From a virus: a DNA stretch of 64,000 nt. A program made the translations under genes and the position numbers. The notes under the pieces are model-generated. The model was given only the letters and a program-made list of their open reading frames with translations, searched no databases and had not been told where the DNA came from. Within the stretch, counting starts at the first letter, position 1. Each line of letters starts with the position of its first letter. Location of the stretch: the IMG/VR virus record IMGVR_UViG_3300030419_006925, positions 1 through 64,000 of that record; one strand, 5' to 3'. Of this stretch, positions 1 through 7,974 are shown piece by piece.

Positions 1-419
1 GCATCTTCAACAATTGCACCATTTTGACTTAATACCTCTTTTCCATAGTCTACGTTTTTTCCAATCCCGTCTGAATCAGGGATGAGGACAACGTGATCCT
101 CTTCTACATTCTTTGGAATGTCTTTGCCTGTTGAATTAACAAGCAGTGTTTTATTAAAACCAAGCTCGATGAAAGCGTTGGCCATCTTGTTGCCTCCACC
201 GCCGACACCGACAAAACCCACATTAATAGACGAGGGGGCCGTATTCTCGGGGAGCAAGTCTTCATCGGAATACTCCATCTGTAACCCAAAATCCTCAACC
301 ATGCCGAAGTCTTCTGCATCCACTTCTTCGTGGTAACTGTCCTTCTCTTGATTAAAGGCCGGAGGTGGCTCTGCGGGAGGCAGAAAATCAAATTCGTTGT
401 TATCGTTTTCGTCTGACAT
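1..419 (-). CDS. Tubulin/FtsZ-superfamily GTPase (PhuZ/TubZ/FtsZ-like), N-terminal part only, truncated at window edge; absent from ORF track
   Basis: Hand translation from ATG at 419: MSDENDNNEFDFLPPAEPPPAFNQEKDSYHEEVDAEDFGMVEDFGLQMEYSDEDLLPENTAPSSINVGFVGVGGGGNKMANAFIELGFNKTLLVNSTGKDIPKNVEEDHVVLIPDSDGIGKNVDYGKEVLSQNGAIVED. VGVGGGGNK matches the T1 loop, LVNS the T2 (N-T/S) region and GIGKNVDYGK the T3 loop (cf. FtsZ GAGANPEVG). Frame is open to position 3. Confidence 0.85.
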   Translation of the reverse strand, partial: MSDENDNNEFDFLPPAEPPPAFNQEKDSYHEEVDAEDFGMVEDFGLQMEYSDEDLLPENTAPSSINVGFVGVGGGGNKMANAFIELGFNKTLLVNSTGKDIPKNVEEDHVVLIPDSDGIGKNVDYGKEVLSQNGAIVED

Positions 420-421
420 GT

Positions 422-955
422 TTACTTTCCTTGTAGTACTTTCGCGAGTTCTTCTTGGACGATCTTATTAAGTTCGTCTCTATCGATGGATTCAAATTTT
501 GCACCTCCAAAGGTGTCCATATTCATTCGACGACCGCCCCGGGGCGCGCCGCGACCAATCTTCTTTTTGAGTTCTTTATCTTTAAGTTCTCTCTCTTTTT
601 CCCGATCTCTGTCTGCTTTTGCAAGGCGACCTTTAGATGCGGCCCAAGCTTCTTCCTCGGCTTTATCTTTTCTGGCCTGTGTTCGGTCGCGGTCGCGCTG
701 TAATGCTGCTTCTTTGTCGTAATGCATAGAGCTAGGGTCATGTATCCTCGCATGCTCAGCGTCAGCTTCCATCTCTTTCGCGCGAGCTAGGCTGGCATCG
801 CGGCGCTGCTTTGCAAGTCTTTTTGACTTTTTAGACATCTTGGTGCCGGCCACCTTATCAACACTTCTCAAGGTATCATCCCACCAGCCTTCTTCAAGGC
901 TCTGTTCGATCTCCTCTTCAATCAGCTTTTTAAGCTCGCCTCTTGTAACCTTCAT
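422..955 (-). CDS. Hypothetical charged protein with MKVT..LKKLIEEEI leader (putative head-packaged protein)
   Basis: ORF 422..1003; ATG at 955 follows RBS AGGAG. A similar helix (ELNKIVQEELAKVL) occurs at the C-terminus. Confidence 0.7.
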   Translation of the reverse strand: MKVTRGELKKLIEEEIEQSLEEGWWDDTLRSVDKVAGTKMSKKSKRLAKQRRDASLARAKEMEADAEHARIHDPSSMHYDKEAALQRDRDRTQARKDKAEEEAWAASKGRLAKADRDREKERELKDKELKKKIGRGAPRGGRRMNMDTFGGAKFESIDRDELNKIVQEELAKVLQGK

Positions 956-965
956 TGCGCATCTC

Positions 966-3900
966 CTATTGATTGACTCTTGCGTATCCTGATTTCTTTT
1001 CAATCACGATTTGCATGTCAACACAATCTTTGAGCGAATCAAGGTGAGAGATCAACAAAACATTCTTGAAATATACCTTAATTAGTTCCAAGATGCGGAT
1101 AAAACCCTCCATATTTTCTTCGTCTAGTGCTGTGCCGGGTTCATCGAGAATAAATAAATCGCTCTTAGGTAGTGACGAGACACTCAAAAGAGCCAAACGA
1201 ATTGCCATGGCGCACAAAGTTTTTTCAGCACCGGAGGCCATTTCAATGGGCCTTGGTTCGTGTTTTGGGTGTTTGATAAAGATATCAAATTTCTTTCCAG
1301 AATCCTCAAAAAAGATTTCGAAGTCCACAATGTTTGCTAAGACTTTCGCGATTTCTTGGTTGATAACTGGAAGTTTGCGCTTAATAATATCGTAAGCAAC
1401 CCCAGATGTATGCATGCAACGCATATAAAGATCATAGGCTGAATATTCCTCCTGTAGATTTAAATATTCTTGTTTTTGTTCTTTTATACTTTCTACTCTT
1501 TGTTCCCACGAGCCAACTTCCTTATAAAGAACCAAGGTTTGACCCTGACACTCTTCATGTTTGGTTGTGGCGCTATCTAATTTTGCCGTACACGATGCCA
1601 ACTCACTTGTGAACTCTTCGAAATTTTCGATGGCCTCTCTGTTCTCTTCATATTTTTGTCTTTTTTCTTCAAGATCTTTTAATTCATATCCCAATCGCTC
1701 AATCGATGTGTGATTTCTTTCGATGGACAAATTCAAATCAGCGATCTCATGAGTTGTTGAATTCTTTTTCTCAACAATCTTGTTGTATTTTTCTATTCGT
1801 TCTTCTACTAATTCAGGACGCAAGCTTCCTATCTTTAAATCCAGCGCCCTAAGTTTAATTCTTGAGTTCTTTTGATCGCCTTGAACATGCGCCAAATTAG
1901 CCACTGCAATATTTGCATCACGAATAAACTTGCATTGTGGATAATTCGTACCGCAAGGAATGCCATCTAAGAGTTTAGATTTTTTCTCGATATCTTCTAT
2001 TTGCTGCAACAATGAATCTTCAATGTTTGCTTGATTTTCTCTTTGTTCTCTCAGGCATGTGATTGTCTCCATCTGCTTTGATAAAATCTCTATGTTGATC
2101 TTTTGCAGATACTCTTCTATTTTGTGAACCACCTCTCTCTTGTCGGCCAAATCGGCTGTGTGTTGCTTATTCTCTTCTTCTATGGAAGAGACTTGAATTT
2201 GCTTCTTCTGAATGAGCCTCTTTGTATCTGCCACGTTGATTACTTCTTCTGGGATAGCTTCGATGCTCTGCCTCAGTTCGTCACAAGTTTGTGTGATTTG
2301 TTCTATTTCTGTTCTTAGTTGAACACACTTTTGTTCGTGGTTATTTAATTCTGCGCGTTTGTCCACCAAATGAAGATCGGCCTCTTCGATCTCTTCATCG
2401 TAGTTTCTCGCCTCAAGTCTCCGTAGGGCGCCCTTGAGGTCAGTGCTGTCTTCTTTCGCTATTTTAAATTTCTTCTCAAAAATTTCCAAATCAAGAAACT
2501 TGGCAATAATCTCCTTTCTTCGAGTGGAGCCTTCATCAATAAATGACAAGGCGCCGTGCTGAGATGCCATTGAGGAGATCAGAAAGTCTTCGCACTCTCC
2601 GAAGTGTTTTCTAATAATCGCATCTGTGTGTATTCGGCTCAAGCCATTTAGTGATATCGTGTCGCCCAAAACTTCATCATATACTTCAAAGTTGAGATCA
2701 GTTTTTGCTTCTAACGTCTCCTCTCCCTTTAGGCGTTTAATATATTTTTCAGCAGTCCTTTCGACTGTGTAGGTTTTGTGACCAACTACAATTGTTAACT
2801 TGCCTCGACAAAACTCCTTATTCTGGTTAATAACATTGAGATTCTTGCGCTCATTTTTCGAGGTTGTGTTAAAAAGAGTCCAAAGCACAGCATCAATAAT
2901 ACTGCTCTTCCCAGAATAGTTCTTCCCAAAGATCCCTGTAATGCCATTAAGTTCATCAAAGCTGACATTGTTGTTCTCCCCATAATTAAATAAGTTGTCA
3001 AATTCAAAATTAGTTAATTTCCAATTAACATTTCTGGATATATCATTTTCATCCTCGACCATCTTCTTATATTTTCGATTAAGTTCATAAATCTTTTCCA
3101 TCGTGGACGAATCTACCTGATATTCCTTTAGATATTCGCTCATCAACTCTTCCTGAATGTTGATGTCTCGTAGGTTTTCTGTCTTCAGGTTGTCAGTAAG
3201 CTCTGTTACGTCGCCGCGGGTTCCGGCGGCGCGATTAAGAAACGTCACCACTTCTGGCTTAAATCGATGTTTGGCAATATCCATCGCGCGCTTCATGGTA
3301 TTTAGCGGCAAATTATTGTTACTTACGATACGAAGCCTCGCACCCTCCGGAACATTCGCCCCCTTGGGCATGCGACCTTTCGGTGTGAGTTCCAATGTAA
3401 TGAACGGCTTCGGGTTCTTGAACACAACCGGCTCGATGTCCCAATTGTCCTTTGATTGAATATCCCAAATAAGAATACCCTTGTCGTTGGTTTCTCCGTG
3501 GTTCTGCTGTACGGTGCTCCCGGCGTACCAGATACGACCTGCTTCGTCAAGGAATTGGCGACGATGAATATCGCCAAGCATTGCAAAATCAAATCCATCA
3601 AAAATATTCATCGTATCTTCGCCATTTGACATAATCCATCCAACATCTGTCTTGCAGTTGCTGATCGATCCATGATAAAGAGCGATATTGATCCTGTCTG
3701 GATTGGTCGGTTTGATCCAGTTTTCGCGATCAAATACCGAAAGAACATTCAAACAAAACTTATCGTCAATGTTTGTTTCTCCAGAATCTTTCAACAAATG
3801 AAGATTCGGATGATTAAGCGCATTAAAAATTGGTGTCAAGGCGTCTTGACGGCTGCTATTCTTTAAGTTGCCATCATGATTACCTAAAATCGCATATGTG

Positions 3901-4115
3901 GGCGCAATGTTTGCCAAGCTCTCAAAGAACCGCGAACACATATCAACATATTCAGGAGAGATTTGCGTTTTGGTGTGCGCAACATCTCCGCAATGAATAA
4001 TATAATCGACCTTTTCTTCCCTCAGTTTTTCATACAACTGCTCGAAGATGATCCGATACTCATAATGATATTTTAAATTTTTAATGTGAGTATCGCTAAT
4101 ATGAGCAAACTTCAC
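966..4115 (-). CDS. Fused Mre11/SbcD nuclease - Rad50/SbcC ATPase (gp47-gp46-like fusion)
   Basis: N-terminal metallophosphoesterase motifs (SDTH, GD, GNHD, HG, GDIH). Walker A GKNYSGKSS, long coiled coil with central CGTNYPQC, signature ASGAE, Walker B ILDEP, D-loop ALD, H-loop ISH. Confidence 0.93.
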   Translation of the reverse strand: MKFAHISDTHIKNLKYHYEYRIIFEQLYEKLREEKVDYIIHCGDVAHTKTQISPEYVDMCSRFFESLANIAPTYAILGNHDGNLKNSSRQDALTPIFNALNHPNLHLLKDSGETNIDDKFCLNVLSVFDRENWIKPTNPDRINIALYHGSISNCKTDVGWIMSNGEDTMNIFDGFDFAMLGDIHRRQFLDEAGRIWYAGSTVQQNHGETNDKGILIWDIQSKDNWDIEPVVFKNPKPFITLELTPKGRMPKGANVPEGARLRIVSNNNLPLNTMKRAMDIAKHRFKPEVVTFLNRAAGTRGDVTELTDNLKTENLRDINIQEELMSEYLKEYQVDSSTMEKIYELNRKYKKMVEDENDISRNVNWKLTNFEFDNLFNYGENNNVSFDELNGITGIFGKNYSGKSSIIDAVLWTLFNTTSKNERKNLNVINQNKEFCRGKLTIVVGHKTYTVERTAEKYIKRLKGEETLEAKTDLNFEVYDEVLGDTISLNGLSRIHTDAIIRKHFGECEDFLISSMASQHGALSFIDEGSTRRKEIIAKFLDLEIFEKKFKIAKEDSTDLKGALRRLEARNYDEEIEEADLHLVDKRAELNNHEQKCVQLRTEIEQITQTCDELRQSIEAIPEEVINVADTKRLIQKKQIQVSSIEEENKQHTADLADKREVVHKIEEYLQKINIEILSKQMETITCLREQRENQANIEDSLLQQIEDIEKKSKLLDGIPCGTNYPQCKFIRDANIAVANLAHVQGDQKNSRIKLRALDLKIGSLRPELVEERIEKYNKIVEKKNSTTHEIADLNLSIERNHTSIERLGYELKDLEEKRQKYEENREAIENFEEFTSELASCTAKLDSATTKHEECQGQTLVLYKEVGSWEQRVESIKEQKQEYLNLQEEYSAYDLYMRCMHTSGVAYDIIKRKLPVINQEIAKVLANIVDFEIFFEDSGKKFDIFIKHPKHEPRPIEMASGAEKTLCAMAIRLALLSVSSLPKSDLFILDEPGTALDEENMEGFIRILELIKVYFKNVLLISHLDSLKDCVDMQIVIEKKSGYARVNQ

Positions 4116-4126
4116 ATATCCTCCAC

Positions 4127-4246
4127 TTAGTTAAGATAGGGCGTCCCAAAACAGGAATGTAGCATTATCGGCAACACAAACATGCCGAAATAATAACCAA
4201 TCTCAAAACACACAACTCTGATAAACGTGTCTACAATAAAGTACAT
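4127..4246 (-). CDS. Small hydrophobic protein (39 aa), absent from ORF track
   Basis: MYFIVDTFIRVVCFEIGYYFGMFVLPIMLHSCFGTPYLN; RBS-like GAGG upstream; lies just downstream of a sigma70-type promoter and fills the intergenic gap. Confidence 0.5.
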   Translation of the reverse strand: MYFIVDTFIRVVCFEIGYYFGMFVLPIMLHSCFGTPYLN

Positions 4247-4262
4247 TTTGCCCTCATATGTT

Positions 4263-4291
4263 AATATACCACGTCTCTATTGACTATGCAA
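4263..4291 (-). promoter_or_regulatory. Sigma70-type promoter for the small ORF and Mre11-Rad50
   Basis: Minus strand TTGCAT-N17-TATATT with TG extended -10. Confidence 0.65.
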
Positions 4292-5258
4292 GTATTTTCT
4301 TTCGATTTCTATAATTTTTCCAAGTAATCTTGCTTTCTTTCATTCTTTGCTTTTGATGCTGCTGTGCTCTTTTGTTTGTTGCATCAATAAGTCCTTGATC
4401 TAATTTCTCATCATCATCGGGAGTTACGATCATTTCCTCATCAGGCAAATCTAATGCGGCTCTTTCACCAGAGCCCATGTACTCTCCATATTGATAATTG
4501 TAGTAATCTTCTGCTGTCATCCCCAGTTCCGGCAAGTAGTAGTCTCCGCTAATTTTATCTGGATCCAGCATAATTATCTGTTCTTCCATTCCGCTTCCCG
4601 GAACAATCTGTAGTTCATCATGGGACGCTACTACGTTCATTGCATCAACAAATTCGCCTTGATGGGCTTTAAAAAAACCATCGATGTTCTCTTCATAATC
4701 GCCTTGATATTCGCGATCATGATCAAGATCTAAATTCAAATCAACATTACCATATTGAAGGATCGGCTTAAGGCCTTGTTCCATTCTTTCGGCATTTTCC
4801 TTTTTGTCTTGCATAACCTTTACCATCACACTATAACTTGGTGGAAGCACAGTAACCTTGCCGTCTGAGCCGGGGGCGTGGACCACAGAATCGTTCCCTT
4901 TACCCCATCGAAATGCATATTGGTTATTTAGCTGGTCAACTAATTCTTCAAATTGAGCTTCATCGGTTTCTGCCGCGGCGATGTTTAGTTGTGTTTGTCT
5001 ATCAAAATCTGCGGCGCGGGTATCCGAATATTGATCGGTGGCCAACTTCAAGCCTCCAATGCCCACTCCAAGGCCCAAGGCGCCAAGTGCTGCATCGCGG
5101 GCCTTAGCTTTTCTCGCTTTCCATTTTGCAGCATCCCAGTCTGCTTTCTCGTTTTCAGAAATCAGCGCAGCAAACTCTTCATCAAGGTACTTGTCTAAAA
5201 GATATAACCGTACCTCTTCCAAAATAATCTGCCTAAGCCTATTCTCTGTGAGTTTCAT
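4284..5258 (-). CDS. Hypothetical protein with MKLT..LRQIILEEV leader and Gly-rich hydrophobic segment (putative head-packaged/ejection protein)
   Basis: ORF 4284..5285, likely start 5258. Contains AALGALGLGVGIGGL followed by an acidic body. Confidence 0.65.
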   Translation of the reverse strand: MKLTENRLRQIILEEVRLYLLDKYLDEEFAALISENEKADWDAAKWKARKAKARDAALGALGLGVGIGGLKLATDQYSDTRAADFDRQTQLNIAAAETDEAQFEELVDQLNNQYAFRWGKGNDSVVHAPGSDGKVTVLPPSYSVMVKVMQDKKENAERMEQGLKPILQYGNVDLNLDLDHDREYQGDYEENIDGFFKAHQGEFVDAMNVVASHDELQIVPGSGMEEQIIMLDPDKISGDYYLPELGMTAEDYYNYQYGEYMGSGERAALDLPDEEMIVTPDDDEKLDQGLIDATNKRAQQHQKQRMKESKITWKNYRNRKKILA

Positions 5259-5265
5259 TGTTGCC

Positions 5266-5970
5266 TTACAGACCCCACATCCCACTTAAAAAACCAGAAC
5301 CAATTTCGTTGATCAGCTTGTCTCTCAGCGGTTCCGGTACCAGATTGTCTCGGACAACAACGTCGATAGCCTGATCGAAATATTGCGCGTGTCGTCGAAG
5401 GGTATCTCGCACCTCGTCGTAGTTGTTGGCGCCGTCTATATAAGCATCAACTGCCATGGCTTCGGATGGACCACCTCTTGTGCTAGTGTCTACCATTTCA
5501 GCCGGAAGCCCATTAATCTTACCAAGTATGTGCTCGATGCGTGAATGAAGCGCTTTTAAGTTTTCGGTGGCTTCGTTGTAGTTGCTGCCTTCGTTTACTG
5601 GTTCGATCTCTGTGTCTTTTACGTGCTTGGCGTATTCTCTAATAATGCCGGCCAATTCTTTGAGAAGGGGCTGATCTCTCGATCGCAATCCATAAGGGGT
5701 TGGGTAACCGTCACCGCTATCTGGTCTTGGAAACACTTGTGTTCCTTTTTGTTTTACCGCTGCGGTTATTTCAAACATTAGTTCTAATGCGCGTGCAATC
5801 TCATTCAAATCATCGCGGACGGCTCGATGGCGCTGCTTCTTGGTGTCTGCGGCGCCGCGTTTATCCATTGCAGTCATGCGGGCTTCAAGATCTTCCAACG
5901 AAGCTTCTGATAATTTTTTTGAGATCTCCTCTTGAATGATCTCTTTTAGTCTTGATGTAGTAATTTTCAT
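5266..5970 (-). CDS. Hypothetical protein with MKIT..LKEIIQEEI leader (putative head-packaged protein)
   Basis: ORF 5266..5982, likely start 5970 after GAGG. Confidence 0.65.
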   Translation of the reverse strand: MKITTSRLKEIIQEEISKKLSEASLEDLEARMTAMDKRGAADTKKQRHRAVRDDLNEIARALELMFEITAAVKQKGTQVFPRPDSGDGYPTPYGLRSRDQPLLKELAGIIREYAKHVKDTEIEPVNEGSNYNEATENLKALHSRIEHILGKINGLPAEMVDTSTRGGPSEAMAVDAYIDGANNYDEVRDTLRRHAQYFDQAIDVVVRDNLVPEPLRDKLINEIGSGFLSGMWGL

Positions 5971-5978
5971 GGGTACCC

Positions 5979-6917
5979 TCACACTGCCGATAGTAAATCC
6001 AACAATAAATAGTTGTCTCTATCGATAAAGAATGCGCTTTTCTTTCTTTCCTCAAACACTTCTTTTGGCATGGAGCCTACATCTTCGTAGCCGGATACAT
6101 CGATTTTATGAAGTTCGATATCGTATTCCAGCAACATCTTAATAATCCGGCGCTCTTTTTCTGCGGCATCTGGGTCGAGGGCAACGTAGACGGGCGTGTC
6201 GTTTCGTACAATCTTTCGTAATAGCTCTGACCCGGGCCTAAGTGTTGAACCCAATATAGGAACAGCATTTCCTGCGACCAATGCATCAAAAACTCCTTCT
6301 ACCAAAACAAGATCTGAATTCCAGTCAATAAATAGCTCATTAAACACTATATCCTTCGACGCTTTTGGGTTTTTATACTTATAGGAATCGCCCGTGTAAG
6401 ACCTCGCTATAAAATAGCTGCAATCGCCATCATCATTAAATGATGGAACAATAATCCTGTTGCGATATTGACCACTAAAACAAAAGCCAATTTTCCATTT
6501 AAGAATATCGGCCTTTGTGACGCCGCGTTTCTGCAGATAACTTAAAGCGTAGGCACCAGTTGCTGGAACGTTCTGTGTTGCAAGGCTTATGAATTCCTCT
6601 GGGAGTTCCACTTTTGCTTTGCTTTCTCTACTGACTCCTCCCATAAAGAGGTCAGCAAATCTTTCAATATCTGGCCTGTCTGATATTCTGTCCCATTTCT
6701 GTAGTTGCAGATACGAACCATAATATCTAACAAGACGCCTAATATTACGACCCCGATAATCACAAACCCAACACTTATAAGCATTTTTATCCAGATTAAC
6801 AGAGAACTTACGCTTGTGGTGATTGCATGACGGGCACGAGAAAAGTAACTCGCTGCCTTTGTTTGAGTGGTGCCCAAGAACTTCATTTAATATTTTTTTC
6901 GCTTCTTTTTTATTCAT
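5979..6917 (-). CDS. DNA primase (Zn finger plus TOPRIM)
   Basis: CPSC...CWVC zinc finger; YLQKRG, RIIVP and KYKN motifs; TOPRIM EGVFDA and DPD. Confidence 0.9.
   Translation of the reverse strand: MNKKEAKKILNEVLGHHSNKGSELLFSCPSCNHHKRKFSVNLDKNAYKCWVCDYRGRNIRRLVRYYGSYLQLQKWDRISDRPDIERFADLFMGGVSRESKAKVELPEEFISLATQNVPATGAYALSYLQKRGVTKADILKWKIGFCFSGQYRNRIIVPSFNDDGDCSYFIARSYTGDSYKYKNPKASKDIVFNELFIDWNSDLVLVEGVFDALVAGNAVPILGSTLRPGSELLRKIVRNDTPVYVALDPDAAEKERRIIKMLLEYDIELHKIDVSGYEDVGSMPKEVFEERKKSAFFIDRDNYLLLDLLSAV
6005..6012 (-). promoter_or_regulatory. Candidate late promoter CTATTTAT inside the primase 3' end
   Basis: About 35 nt upstream of the 5970 start; same motif at 19187 and 39212. Confidence 0.45.
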
Positions 6918-6945
6918 TGACCCTCAAATGAACAAACGATTGTTA

Positions 6946-7038
6946 TTACTTCTTCTTTCTAAGACGACGATTACGTCGACGTTTTGAACCTAGCTTGCGT
7001 CTACGGCGCGCCTTAGAATGTGGTGCTTTGCGACTCAT
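6946..7038 (-). CDS. 30 aa Arg/Lys-rich protamine-like peptide, absent from ORF track
   Basis: MSRKAPHSKARRRRKLGSKRRRNRRLRKKK (18/30 R+K). Starts 4 nt after the FKBP stop, ends in tandem TAA TAA, and occupies most of the FKBP-primase gap. Confidence 0.65.
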   Translation of the reverse strand: MSRKAPHSKARRRRKLGSKRRRNRRLRKKK

Positions 7039-7042
7039 GTTA

Positions 7043-7621
7043 TCACGCTGCAGATTCAAGTGCTGCGATAATCTGTGCCTTTGTTGTGCGCGTGTTCACT
7101 TTCAAGCCTTGTTGCTTTGCTACTTCAAGAAGCTCAGCCTTCTTCATGGAAGCACTCCAGTTTGCCATTTGGGGAGTCTCTGCGGTGTTGCCATTGTCGA
7201 CGATTGATACCAACTCGATCTCGAAGTTGATGTTCTTTCCGGCTAAGGGATGATTGAAGTCAAGGACAACCTCGTTCTCATGCAAGGCTTCTACCTTTGC
7301 AACAAAGGGGCCGCGAGGACCATTACCCTGAATCATTCGACCAACCTCAAATTCAAAGTCGGGCGCAAATGCCGTCTTGGGAATAGCTTGCACTGATGCC
7401 TCTCTTCGTGGGCCATAAGCCTCATCGGCAGACAGCGACACAGATTTCTGTTCGCCGGCAGTCATTCCGACAAGTGCGGAATCAAATCCCGGGATCATCT
7501 GCCCGGAACCTACTTGGAAATCTAGAGTGCGCCCACGCTCGCGCGAATTGTCAAACTCTGTTCCGTCTTCAAATGTGCCTCTATAGTGCACGTGGACAGT
7601 GTGTCCATTTTCTACTTTCAT
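7043..7621 (-). CDS. FKBP-type peptidyl-prolyl isomerase (SlyD/FkpB-like) with C-terminal Rho-N/HEH-like helical tail
   Basis: VHYRGTFEDGTEFDNS, MIPGFD, AYG, DFNHPLAGKNINFEIELV; tail MKKAELLEVAKQQGLKVNTRTTKAQIIAAL; RBS GGAG before 7621. Confidence 0.92.
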   Translation of the reverse strand: MKVENGHTVHVHYRGTFEDGTEFDNSRERGRTLDFQVGSGQMIPGFDSALVGMTAGEQKSVSLSADEAYGPRREASVQAIPKTAFAPDFEFEVGRMIQGNGPRGPFVAKVEALHENEVVLDFNHPLAGKNINFEIELVSIVDNGNTAETPQMANWSASMKKAELLEVAKQQGLKVNTRTTKAQIIAALESAA

Positions 7622-7656
7622 TATTTCTCCTATTAGTGATGAAAACCATCTTGATA

Positions 7657-7685
7657 AAGATAACACATATATTAATTTATGTCAA
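7657..7685 (-). promoter_or_regulatory. Sigma70-type promoter for FKBP, basic peptide and primase
   Basis: Minus strand TTGACA-N17-TATCTT with TG extended -10. Confidence 0.75.
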
Positions 7686-7974
7686 CATCTTTTTGTGTAA
7701 TTTTTATCCAAAAGCCCCACATAAGCGGCACCATTAGCCAATGTAGGCACCCAATCCATGCAACTGGGATGAGCGTGTAAAAAGCAGGGTGTACAAATTT
7801 TCCAAGGCCGGCAAACAATAGCGGAAACAATACGTCCTCTATTATTTCCCATGCCACTATGATCACCACCAGCGCTAATCCGTGTTCTTTCAGGGTTTTC
7901 TTAAGAGAGCCTGAGCTTACATGATGTAGCTTGTGCCCTATTCTATGTTTAATCCAGTTCCACGCTTTTTTCAA
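7672..7974 (-). CDS. Small membrane protein, two predicted TM segments
   Basis: Hydrophobic segments LALVVIIVAWEIIEDVLFPLLFAG and YTLIPVAWIGCLHWLMVPLMW. Confidence 0.65.
   Translation of the reverse strand: MKKAWNWIKHRIGHKLHHVSSGSLKKTLKEHGLALVVIIVAWEIIEDVLFPLLFAGLGKFVHPAFYTLIPVAWIGCLHWLMVPLMWGFWIKITQKDVDIN

Noticed and set aside
104-391. Track ORFs 104..391 (-) and 118..336 (+)
   Set aside because: They are out-of-frame or antisense shadows of the tubulin/FtsZ-like frame starting at 419.
1-419. Calling this a nucleus-forming phage
   Set aside because: Tubulin alone is insufficient. No chimallin or phage multisubunit RNAP is visible, and a gp55-like sigma factor suggests use of host RNAP.
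7672-7974. Holin call for the small membrane proteins (7672, 49361)
   Set aside because: Only hydrophobicity supports it; no family motif and no clear lysis cassette.
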